64,000 nucleotides of DNA from Patescibacteria group bacterium (lineage in GTDB: Bacteria; Patescibacteriota; Gracilibacteria; UBA1369; PNNO01). Shown piece by piece: positions 17,378 through 26,089 of the stretch (within the stretch, counting starts at the first letter, position 1; every line of letters begins with the position of its first letter). Where the stretch lies: assembly GCA_042568575.1 (NCBI GenBank), contig JBHPIO010000002.1:1-64000 (forward strand), given 5' to 3'. The notes below the pieces were generated by a model. That model was not told where the DNA came from. It searched no databases and saw only the letters and a list, made by a program, of their open reading frames with translations. A program made the position numbers and the translations under genes.

Positions 17378-19462
17378 CTACTGCGACTTGCGTCGCCGCA
17401 GGAGCAGAAGGCCAATGCAACCGATGATGAGGAACAGTGGACCGGTGGGTCCGCTGTCCTGGTTGGAAGAGCAGCCGCAGCCGCTCTTAGGTTCTTTGGT
17501 GCAGTTCGTGGTGTCGAACTGGCACTGGTTGGAGCAAGTGAGAGTGCCATCATCGAAGTCGTGATCAGCGCAGGTGTTGTTATTGAGCGCTGCGCCATCG
17601 CATTGCTCGCCGTCGTCGACAATTCCGTTGCCACAGACGTTGGACTCGGTTTCGCATGAACTGCTGCAGCCGTCACTGTCGGCGAGGTTGCCGTCGTCGC
17701 ACTCTTCTCCGTCGTCGATGGTTCCGTTTCCGCAGTTCAGCGTGCAGCCGGAAGTGTCGAAGCCGCACGATTGGTCGCAGGCGAGGTCGCCGTCGTCGTA
17801 GCCTTGATTCTGGCACGTTGCGTTGCCGAAAGCTTGCATGTCACACTCTTCGTTCGGACCGTTGATGATGCCATCACCGCAGCGGTAGCACTGCGATGCG
17901 TCGAGTTGGCAGGATGCGTCGCAGGCGAGGGTACCACCGTCGAAATTGAGAGATTCGCAGGTGTTGGTTCCCAGATCGCTGGCGTCGCACATCTCGCTGG
18001 CCTGGTTGAGAATGCCGTCACCGCAGGAAGCGTCGAAGCATCCAGAGGTGTCGACGGTGCAATCGGAGTTGCAGGTGAGGTCGCCGAAGGCGTGGCCGAA
18101 ATCGCTGCAGGTTTGGGTGCCGAAGTCGAGATTGTCGCACTCATCCGTGCCGTTCATGATGTCGTCACCGCAGATGAAGTAGTGACACCCGGAGGTGTCA
18201 ATCGTGCAGCTGCCGGTGCAGGTGAGCGTCCCGTAATCGAAGTTCAGTGATTCGCAGGTCGCGCTCCCGAAGGCTGGGCCATCGCATAGCTCGGTGCCGT
18301 CGATGGTGTTGTTGCCGCACATGTGGCAGCCAGCGGTGTCGAACGCGCAGAAGGCGTCGCAGGCGAGGGGTCCACCCACGAAACTGTGGTTGGTGCAGTC
18401 CTGGTTGTTCAGGTCGCTGCCGTCACACAGCTCTGTGCCGTTCTTGATGCCGTCGCCGCAGATGGGCTGGGGCGACATGTACTTGATCGTCCATACCTCC
18501 TCCGTGGTCACGGCCTGGCTGTCCTTGGTGAATGCGTTGTTGCCGTCATACCGCCAAAGGCCGATGTCCGGGGCTCCTCCTCCGATGGCCATTACGATAT
18601 TGTTCTGGCTGATCGCGATTCCTCGGGAATCTGTGAGCATTCTTGTCATGAACGAACCGGGGTTGCTAATCGGAATGAAGTAGACCTCGTCCCCGTTTCC
18701 TGCGGATGAGGCCACGACGTAGCTGGAATTGATATCCATGTCATCTATGGGTAGCGGCAGGAACTGCCACACACTGATGTTCGTGCTGTTGGGCGGGTTT
18801 CCACTCGAATAGGCGTGAGTGCCCGAGTAGTAGAACGTTCCGTTGTCGTCGTACAGCATTGCGTAGGGCTGTTCCGTCACCGTGAGCCCGATGTTCGGGT
18901 AGTGGACCACGGCCTCGGTAGCGATGTTGATTGATGCGACACCGCCGTCGAGCTTGTTGAGCACCCAGATGTGAGTAGCTGTCCTGGTGATTCCCAAGAA
19001 GCCGGTTCGTCCCATGTCGATTGCGACGTAGTCGGTGCAGTCCAGCGCGACTTTGGATACGAAGGTTGCGGCTTGATGAGTGCTGTAGGCGTAGGTTTCC
19101 GCTACGAGCCCCCGGTCGCCGACCTGACCAGCGTTATAGTCGCAACTGGTCGCGTCTGCGGTAAGGTCGTATATCAGCAGATGGGTGCTGTTCTGGCGGG
19201 TAGTGATGAGATGTCCCTCCGCTCCGGAGGTGATCCCGGGCCCGCTTCCCAGCACTGGGCCGATGTCTGCGTAGGGCAGTCCGTCTTCGTCGAGCAGCAG
19301 CACGGACGTGGGAGTGGTGGCAATGAAGCAGCCGTTGTCGGCAGCTTGTTGGGTTGTGGCCATGGCTTTCGGGGCATAGAGCCCCAGAGCCAGAACCGCG
19401 AGGGTGATTGCGATTGCACGTTTCTGCATGCGTTTCTCCTTGTCTCCTCTGTCAATGAACAT
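17378..19462 (-). CDS. High-GC secreted protein: beta-rich N-domain, myxobacterial Cys-rich repeats, MYXO-CTERM sorting signal
   Basis: Signal peptide from ATG 19429 (SD AAGGAG); CGDGI...E.CD repeats; C-terminal SGCGCS-linker-TM-RRRK. Confidence 0.85.
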   Translation of the reverse strand: MFIDRGDKEKRMQKRAIAITLAVLALGLYAPKAMATTQQAADNGCFIATTPTSVLLLDEDGLPYADIGPVLGSGPGITSGAEGHLITTRQNSTHLLIYDLTADATSCDYNAGQVGDRGLVAETYAYSTHQAATFVSKVALDCTDYVAIDMGRTGFLGITRTATHIWVLNKLDGGVASINIATEAVVHYPNIGLTVTEQPYAMLYDDNGTFYYSGTHAYSSGNPPNSTNISVWQFLPLPIDDMDINSSYVVASSAGNGDEVYFIPISNPGSFMTRMLTDSRGIAISQNNIVMAIGGGAPDIGLWRYDGNNAFTKDSQAVTTEEVWTIKYMSPQPICGDGIKNGTELCDGSDLNNQDCTNHSFVGGPLACDAFCAFDTAGCHMCGNNTIDGTELCDGPAFGSATCESLNFDYGTLTCTGSCTIDTSGCHYFICGDDIMNGTDECDNLDFGTQTCSDFGHAFGDLTCNSDCTVDTSGCFDASCGDGILNQASEMCDASDLGTNTCESLNFDGGTLACDASCQLDASQCYRCGDGIINGPNEECDMQAFGNATCQNQGYDDGDLACDQSCGFDTSGCTLNCGNGTIDDGEECDDGNLADSDGCSSSCETESNVCGNGIVDDGEQCDGAALNNNTCADHDFDDGTLTCSNQCQFDTTNCTKEPKSGCGCSSNQDSGPTGPLFLIIGCIGLLLLRRRKSQ
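17500..18462 (-). repeat. About seven tandem Cys-rich protein repeats (mostly about 48 aa)
   Basis: CG(D/N)G...E.CD...C......G.L.C...C..DTSGC units. Confidence 0.8.
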
Positions 19463-19571
19463 TGGTTTTCTCCAAATTCGAACCTTCTACTATCGGCAAT
19501 AGCATGCATTTGCTCCATTTGCAGATAAAAGAAGGCTTAAATTAAGTACCAAGGATATCTAATTTGCCACA

Positions 19572-19605
19572 AAACTAGCCAATTTGTCAATTAGTTGGCT
19601 AGTTT
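19572..19605 (-). terminator. 11-bp inverted repeat; terminator of the M16 gene overlapping a TTGACA box
   Basis: AAACTAGCCAA/TTGGCTAGTTT; the loop reads TTGACA on the minus strand. Confidence 0.6.
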
Positions 19606-19624
19606 AAACAGATTGCGAGTGAAT

Positions 19625-20887
19625 TTACCCAAGCAGTTTCTCAAACTGTCCCTTATTATCGTAAGGTCCAATAACGGCAACTCTCATGTTCTCGGGCTTC
19701 AACAAATCTTGTGCAACTCTTTGGATGTCTTCTACTGTAACTGCGTCTAGTTCTTTCATAATTTCTTCAGGACGCATGATCTCGCCGTGAAGGAGTTCGT
19801 ATTTACCCATCAAATGAGCAATTTCTTCGCTATCTTCTAGACGCAAAACCATTTTTCCTTTCATGAAGTTTTTCGCTTTCTCAAGCTCTTCTGGACTAAC
19901 TTTCTCTTTCCTGATTTTTTCGTATTCAGCAAGAATCGCGCTAATTGCTTCATCGATTCGTTTAACTTGTACGCCGGCTCCGGTTGATAAAATTCCTGTA
20001 TCAACAAAATTATCTGTAGCAGTTCGAATGTAATAACAAAGCCCCCTTGCTTCTCTAACAGAAAGGAACATTCGTGAGCTCATATTTCCGCCAAGAATTA
20101 TTCCGAGCAGTTTTTCTGCCCAGTGATCAATGTGTGTCTCTCTATAAGAAGGTACACCTACGATAACATGCGCTTGTTCTGTGCTTTTTTCATGAAGATA
20201 AACCAGGTCGCCACCTTCATGAGGTTCCAAACCTTTAAAATCGAAAGCCTTTTTATCGTTGCTAAATGCAAAATATTTTTGAGTAAGATCAGCAGCAGTC
20301 TTGTCATCAATGTCTCCCGCCAAAGTCAAAACGATATTATCCGGTGAGTAAAGATCCTTCTTATAGTTCACAAATTGTTCGTGAGTTACAGACTGAATGA
20401 ACTCGGGAGTTCCAATTTGATCCCATCCAAGAGGTTGATCTCCAAAAACAAGTCGCTCAAAATCCCATCCAATTTGATACATCGGGGTGTCTTGATACAT
20501 ATTGTATTCCTCCATAATTACGCCTCGTTCTTTGTCGATTTCTTTTGTGTCGAACTTTGCGTGAAGCAGCATGTCGGATAAAACATCCATTGCACGTTCA
20601 ACGTGATCTGAAGAAACTTTTACGTAATATCCCGCATATTCTTTTCCTGTGAAAGCATTGAAATCTCCACCGATTCCATCGATTGCTTCGGAAACTTCAC
20701 GAGTATTTTTGTACTTTTCGGCTCCTTTAAAGAACATATGTTCGAGAAAGTGCGAAATCCCGTTGATTCCTTTAGTTTCGTAACGCGAGCCTGCTCCGGC
20801 GAGTATTAAAACGGTGACAGCCTTGGTGCTTTTGAGATTCTCTGTTATAAGGCGAAGGCCACTTGGAAGTATGTCTTTCTTATGCAT
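19625..20887 (-). CDS. M16 family (pitrilysin/insulinase-like) zinc peptidase
   Basis: HFLEH inverted zinc motif, NAFT, SSRMF..VRE.RGL.Y; start probably MHKKD at 20887. Confidence 0.93.
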   Translation of the reverse strand: MHKKDILPSGLRLITENLKSTKAVTVLILAGAGSRYETKGINGISHFLEHMFFKGAEKYKNTREVSEAIDGIGGDFNAFTGKEYAGYYVKVSSDHVERAMDVLSDMLLHAKFDTKEIDKERGVIMEEYNMYQDTPMYQIGWDFERLVFGDQPLGWDQIGTPEFIQSVTHEQFVNYKKDLYSPDNIVLTLAGDIDDKTAADLTQKYFAFSNDKKAFDFKGLEPHEGGDLVYLHEKSTEQAHVIVGVPSYRETHIDHWAEKLLGIILGGNMSSRMFLSVREARGLCYYIRTATDNFVDTGILSTGAGVQVKRIDEAISAILAEYEKIRKEKVSPEELEKAKNFMKGKMVLRLEDSEEIAHLMGKYELLHGEIMRPEEIMKELDAVTVEDIQRVAQDLLKPENMRVAVIGPYDNKGQFEKLLG

Positions 20888-20953
20888 AAAACTTAAGTTA
20901 ATTTCTTTTATCAAAATTAACATACCTTCCGTGAATCGTCATGCCAATAGTGA

Positions 20954-20982
20954 TTGACGTATCCTTGTGAATATGCTTTAAT
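20954..20982 (+). promoter_or_regulatory. sigma70-type promoter of high-GC gene 3
   Basis: TTGACG-17 nt-TTTAAT with a TGn extension. Confidence 0.55.
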
Positions 20983-21091
20983 TACTCTCCAGGTAGCAAG
21001 CCACAGGCCTATTTGTATTTGATGGGCGCTGCGGCTGCCCTTTTACATGATAGGCCGATAGGGAAAAATTTAGTCACAAGGAGTGATTGCG

Positions 21092-21838
21092 ATGAACGAG
21101 GATGACCTCAGAGAAAAAACCGCGTTGGTGAAAGTACAGAAAGGAAGGTCAGAGATGAAGAGGAATCCGTTGATGATAGTGGCTGCTGTGCTAGCGTTTG
21201 TGCTTAGCTTCGGTGCCGGAGTGATGCTAAGGCCACGAATCATTCCTCCGCCAACCGCCAACTGCAAGCGCAAGTGCCAGACTGCCATCGCGCAGGCCAA
21301 GAAGGCGCTGCCGCCCCCGCCGAAGTGCAAGGAGTGCAAGAAGTGTGTCGTGAAGAAGCTGCCCTCGAAGAAGCTCACGAAGCTCGAGAAGGAGGCGTTC
21401 GGTCTTCTGCACGTGTGGCGTCAGTGGTGCGAGAACAAGGCTCGTAAAGAGTTCGTCAACCAGAGCATGTGCCTTCGCTGGACCAAGCTCGGGAATGCCT
21501 ACCTCAAGGCGGACATTCTGGATGAAAAGAAGCTGAGGCGCAGATGCATCGCCATGGTCATTTACGACCAACTCGGCAACAGGATCTGCAGTCAGAAGAA
21601 GCTGGGCATGGACGAGGCTTCGAAGACTCAGATCAGAAGTGAGCTTTCCTCGCTATACAGCAACCGGAAAGGCAACATCGCCGCGATTAAGCGGGCCAAC
21701 CTGCGCCGCATCAAGGCCGGCAAGAAACCGGTCAAGATCCCCGAGCTCAGGAAGTGCTACTCGGTTAAGTTCAGGAAAGGCAAAGTGAAAATGCTCAAGT
21801 GGGTCTGGGACTTCCAGCGTCCCAAGTCCACCAGGTAG
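21092..21838 (+). CDS. High-GC, Lys/Cys-rich membrane-anchored or secreted orphan protein
   Basis: SD AAGGAG before ATG 21092; second SD-like site and ATG at 21155 followed by a hydrophobic anchor; Lys mostly AAG. Confidence 0.7.
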   Translation: MNEDDLREKTALVKVQKGRSEMKRNPLMIVAAVLAFVLSFGAGVMLRPRIIPPPTANCKRKCQTAIAQAKKALPPPPKCKECKKCVVKKLPSKKLTKLEKEAFGLLHVWRQWCENKARKEFVNQSMCLRWTKLGNAYLKADILDEKKLRRRCIAMVIYDQLGNRICSQKKLGMDEASKTQIRSELSSLYSNRKGNIAAIKRANLRRIKAGKKPVKIPELRKCYSVKFRKGKVKMLKWVWDFQRPKSTR

Positions 21839-22065
21839 AACATCGCCTCCATCCTTCATCCACTCTCTCCCCAGGCCACCAAACCCCTTCGGCCTATTTC
21901 TCTCCAAAAAGCATAAATAAGAGCACGGGTGTCTACTCAAAACATCCGCTATCCCAATTTGTATGCAAACCGCACTGCGTTGCCGTATAGCAACCCAAAT
22001 TTGACATACTTAGCGGCACCTTATTTCGCTTAGCTCGCAAAATCACTGACGGTTGTTGAGACGCG

Positions 22066-22096
22066 AGGCACACACCTTCCCACACGCCTTTTTTTT
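22066..22096 (+). terminator. Hairpin plus T8 ending the long 3' UTR of high-GC gene 3
   Basis: AGGC/GCCT stem, C-rich loop, eight T. Confidence 0.45.
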
Positions 22097-22133
22097 CTGT
22101 AATATAGTAACCCGCAACCAGTTAACTGAATTT

Positions 22134-24413
22134 ATGCGATCTTCCAGGCCAAGAAGAACAACAAATCGTTCCGCACACGCAATAAATCCCGTTACTTTAC
22201 TAATGGCGCTTATTGCAATAGTTACAGTTGTTATTGTTGGGAGGCTTTTTTATCTTCAAATTATTAAGCACGGATTTTACCAGGAGGCTGCGGCTCGTGA
22301 GCATCTTGGATATACCGAGCTTCCGGCAAAACGTGGAGAAATTCTTGTTAAAGATTACACAACAGGAAGCACTTATACTGTTGCTTCAAATACAACATTG
22401 GATCTGGTTTACGCCGATCCAAAACTCATCACAAACAAAACACTAGTTGCTACAACTCTTTCGGATATCCTTTTTAACCTTGAAACAGAACGCGAAAAAG
22501 ACAACAACCGAATCATAGAAGAGCGTCGTGAATTTAAACGAACAGGAAATATGGAGGCATACGATCGCGTAACAGCCCTCTCAAATGAAGAATTAAAGGA
22601 AGCTTATTATCATGAAATCTTGAGAAAAATCAGTCGTGATACAAGGGAAGAAATTCTTCTTTCAGATGACCTTCCGCAGGAGTTTTTAGATTCTATTTCA
22701 GCGAAAAATATTGATGGTATTGAGGTGAATAGAACTAGCTTGTATGGATACCCGCAAAAGATCTACAATAAGCGGAAAACAGCACAGGAGCTTAGTGATT
22801 ATTTGCAGATTCCGTGGCCGCGTTTAGAGCAAATTTTGATTGGTGAAAATCGCTACGAAATTATTGCCAAAAAAATCGATCCTGAAGTTTCACGGACTTT
22901 GCGAGAAACAATTCAACAAGATAAAGAACAAAACCCAGATGCACCAAATTATCCAGGAATTGGATTCACCGAAGAGTATTATCGATTTTATCCAGAGAGC
23001 ACACTTGCCTCTAATCTTCTCGGATTTGTGGATAAGAAAGGTAGTGGTCAGTATGGAATTGAAGAAAGTTTTGATAAACAGATGCGCGGGAAGAAAGGTG
23101 TATTTAAAGCGCAGATGGATACGTTTGGACGTCAAATTACGGTAGGAGAAAGTGTGATTCAACCTGCGGTGAATGGTCAGGATATCGTTCTTACTATAGA
23201 TAGAACAATCCAACTTGAAGTTGAACGGATTTTGAAAGCCGGTGTTGAAAGATACAACGCGAATAGTGGGCAGGTTACTATTATTGATCCAAAAACATCG
23301 AAGATAATTGCGATGGCTCATTATCCAACCTTCAATCCAAACACTTTCGGTGATGCTTTTGCTAAAGTTGATGTTGATTTTACACCTGAAGAAGTTGAGA
23401 GTTTATGGCCGATTGAAGAGAGTGATACACATTTTTACTTTTATAGAAATTTTGATACAGACGATAAATTTGAGGTGTTTAAAGATGTTGAAGAAGGTAA
23501 GGAACCGGTATATCAACGATATGCAAACTGGTATGGTGCGGAGGTTTATCAAAACAAAATTGTTTCTTCCATTTACGAACCGGGATCGGTATTTAAATCT
23601 GTTGCGATGGTGTCTGCTATTGATGATGGAGACGTAACTCCAGATCATACTTTTTACGAATCAGGTCCAGTTGAGGTAGACGAATATGAGATTCACAACT
23701 CAACAGACGAGTATCGTGGAAGGCAAACGATGACAAATGTATTGGAGCAATCTTCGAACGTTGGAATGGTCTACGTAGCAAAGAAAATTGGACGAAATCT
23801 TTTTTATAATTATATGCTTCGATTTGGCTTTGACGAGCGGACAGGAATCGAATTTGAAAACGAAAACTCTGGACATATTGAATACTTTACAGGTTGGGCG
23901 GACAGTGAACTTGTGACGCACGCGTTTGGACAGGGTATTGCCGTAACGCCACTCCAGATGGCAAATGCGTACGCTGTTCTCGCAAACAAAGGAGTTCTAA
24001 TGCAGCCATATATTGTGGAAGAAGTTCATGAGGCAAATGGTAAAATTACAACAACCGAGCCAGTTGCGATTCGTCAGGCGATTTCTGAAGATTCTGCAAA
24101 TAAAATTACTGCAATGCTTGTGAGTGCGGTTGAAAATGGAGTAGCAAATAGAGCGCAAGTAGATGGACATTACATAGCTGGGAAAACAGGAACATCACAG
24201 ACTTATAAATGGGGTCAGCCTCTTAAAGGAGCAGGAACAACCATAACTTCTTTTGCAGGATATGGGCCGATTGATGATCCAAAATTTGTGATTCTTGTAA
24301 AGCTAGATCGCCCTCGTACAAGCGAATGGGGGTCTGAAACAGCAGCTCCAATTTTTAAAGATATTGCGACATTCCTTTTCGGTTACTATAATGTGCCGCC
24401 AGATAAATATTAA
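22134..24413 (+). CDS. ftsI: Class B penicillin-binding protein (FtsI/PBP2 family)
   Basis: RG.I, RFYP, G..GIE; SVFK (SxxK), SSN (SxN), KTG; ATG 22134 is the likely start. Confidence 0.88.
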   Translation: MRSSRPRRTTNRSAHAINPVTLLMALIAIVTVVIVGRLFYLQIIKHGFYQEAAAREHLGYTELPAKRGEILVKDYTTGSTYTVASNTTLDLVYADPKLITNKTLVATTLSDILFNLETEREKDNNRIIEERREFKRTGNMEAYDRVTALSNEELKEAYYHEILRKISRDTREEILLSDDLPQEFLDSISAKNIDGIEVNRTSLYGYPQKIYNKRKTAQELSDYLQIPWPRLEQILIGENRYEIIAKKIDPEVSRTLRETIQQDKEQNPDAPNYPGIGFTEEYYRFYPESTLASNLLGFVDKKGSGQYGIEESFDKQMRGKKGVFKAQMDTFGRQITVGESVIQPAVNGQDIVLTIDRTIQLEVERILKAGVERYNANSGQVTIIDPKTSKIIAMAHYPTFNPNTFGDAFAKVDVDFTPEEVESLWPIEESDTHFYFYRNFDTDDKFEVFKDVEEGKEPVYQRYANWYGAEVYQNKIVSSIYEPGSVFKSVAMVSAIDDGDVTPDHTFYESGPVEVDEYEIHNSTDEYRGRQTMTNVLEQSSNVGMVYVAKKIGRNLFYNYMLRFGFDERTGIEFENENSGHIEYFTGWADSELVTHAFGQGIAVTPLQMANAYAVLANKGVLMQPYIVEEVHEANGKITTTEPVAIRQAISEDSANKITAMLVSAVENGVANRAQVDGHYIAGKTGTSQTYKWGQPLKGAGTTITSFAGYGPIDDPKFVILVKLDRPRTSEWGSETAAPIFKDIATFLFGYYNVPPDKY

Positions 24414-24422
24414 TCAATACTT

Positions 24423-26006
24423 ATGTTTAAATTACGAATTTCTTTCATCATATTAACGTTAATTTTTTCGACATCAGTCGTTCACGCCCAAGCAAAAGAG
24501 TACAATGTTTCCGCGTGGCTGCCGTCGTGGGATATTGAAGAAGCAACCGAGTCGTTCAAGAATAATACGGAGACGATAAACACGATCAGTCCTTTTTGGT
24601 ATCATGTAAACGCTGATGGAACTCTTGAGCCGCCGAAAGGTGGTGAGATTCAGGAGATCATTCAGGTTGCGAAAGATAACAACATTTTGATTGTTCCAAC
24701 GATTAGTAATTCGTTTGATGGTGAAAAAGTGAGCGGGCTTTTTAACGATCCGGATCTGAAAAAATCAAGCATTCAAAATATCGTAAATAAAGTTCGTGAA
24801 TTTGATTATGATGGAATTGATATCGACTACGAAGGACTTAAAAGCGAAGACAAAGATGCGTTTACAGCTTATATAAAGGCTTTGCGCGAAGAGCTTAATA
24901 AGTATGATAAGAAGTTAACAATAGCGATTCAGGCAAAATCATATCCCGATTTGGCAAAATATGGAGATAGGGGGCAGGATTGGGCCGAGCTCAGCAAATA
25001 TGTGGATGAGTTTCGAATTATGACATACGATTACGGATGGAAAGGAAGTATTCCGCGTCCTGTAGGGCCGGATTATTGGGTGGAGGATGTTATTGAATAT
25101 GCTGTTGATCATGTGCCTAAAGAGAAAATTTACATTGGAATCGCATTTTATGGGTACGGTTGGTCGGATGATTTCTTTTCGAGCTATACATATGACACAA
25201 TTAAGCTGATTTTGAGTAAATATGGTGTGGATTTTCAGTATGATCCAAAACAGCACACAAATAGACTCTTTTATGTGAGTGAATTTGATACGCGAGACCC
25301 TGTTCAGCCACATGAGGTGTGGTTTGAAAATCACATTAGCATAGAGCCAAAACTGGATTTGGTTAAAGAACACGATCTTGGTGGAATTGCAATTTGGAGA
25401 CTTGGAAAAGAGGATCCAAAAAACTGGAGAGTAATTAGGAGAGTTTTGAAAAATAGCCCGATTGGGGATCCTTTATATTTTAAAGATGTTCTTCCGAGCG
25501 ATGATTATTTCTCGGAAATAACCAGACTTGCTGATCTTGGTATTGTTAAGGGCTATGATGGTGTTAATTTTGCACCGAATAACAAGGTGAATCGGGCAGA
25601 AATTCTGAAAATGTCTCTTAATAGTTTTGCTCAGGACATTTCCGGATACATTTTTGCAGATATCGCGCTCGAAGGGTTTGAAAATCCATTTAAGGATATT
25701 TTTGATGGAGAATGGTACTTCCCATACGTTCAAACTGCTGTTGATCTTGGCATAATTGAAGGATATCCGGATGGAAGCTTTAAACCAAATCAGACAATCG
25801 TACGCGTGGAAGCTTTAAAGTTGGCTTTGGAAAGCGCGGGAATTGACGTTGGAGTTATCCCGATTGGCGAGGATTGGTACCTGCCATATAAGTCGTGGGC
25901 GCTTCAAAATGGAGTGTATGTAAGTGCTGGTTTTGTACCCGAAGAAGAGATCACTCGCGGTGAGGCTGCGTACATCATTGCCAAAGTCATAGAAGCTGTG
26001 GAGTAG
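24423..26006 (+). CDS. Secreted GH18 glycosyl hydrolase with C-terminal SLH domains
   Basis: DGIDIDYE catalytic motif, MTYD, GIAIWRLG; FKDV...G..GY...F.PN..VNRAE SLH repeats. Confidence 0.88.
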   Translation: MFKLRISFIILTLIFSTSVVHAQAKEYNVSAWLPSWDIEEATESFKNNTETINTISPFWYHVNADGTLEPPKGGEIQEIIQVAKDNNILIVPTISNSFDGEKVSGLFNDPDLKKSSIQNIVNKVREFDYDGIDIDYEGLKSEDKDAFTAYIKALREELNKYDKKLTIAIQAKSYPDLAKYGDRGQDWAELSKYVDEFRIMTYDYGWKGSIPRPVGPDYWVEDVIEYAVDHVPKEKIYIGIAFYGYGWSDDFFSSYTYDTIKLILSKYGVDFQYDPKQHTNRLFYVSEFDTRDPVQPHEVWFENHISIEPKLDLVKEHDLGGIAIWRLGKEDPKNWRVIRRVLKNSPIGDPLYFKDVLPSDDYFSEITRLADLGIVKGYDGVNFAPNNKVNRAEILKMSLNSFAQDISGYIFADIALEGFENPFKDIFDGEWYFPYVQTAVDLGIIEGYPDGSFKPNQTIVRVEALKLALESAGIDVGVIPIGEDWYLPYKSWALQNGVYVSAGFVPEEEITRGEAAYIIAKVIEAVE

Positions 26007-26031
26007 ACTTGAAATTTCACTCCTGGAGGTG

Positions 26032-26060
26032 TTGCTTTAAGGGCGTTTTTGATGTATAAT
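26032..26060 (+). promoter_or_regulatory. sigma70 promoter of the Lys-rich protein cluster
   Basis: TTGCTT-17 nt-TATAAT. Confidence 0.6.
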
Positions 26061-26089
26061 TATCTAATGTAAAACAAACAAAAATAAAA

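Noticed and set aside
17500-18462. CRISPR array or DGR template/variable repeats
   Set aside because: Repeats are in-frame degenerate protein repeats; no constant repeat-spacer pattern, cas gene or reverse transcriptase
17356-19528. Many overlapping alternative ORFs (also at 5950-6521 and 21070-21990)
   Set aside because: Shadow ORFs expected from high GC3; no independent motifs or start signals
22110-22135. Extra ECF promoter copies (CCGCAAC before ftsI; CGCAACTT at about 45642)
   Set aside because: The GTGTTA box is absent at the required spacing
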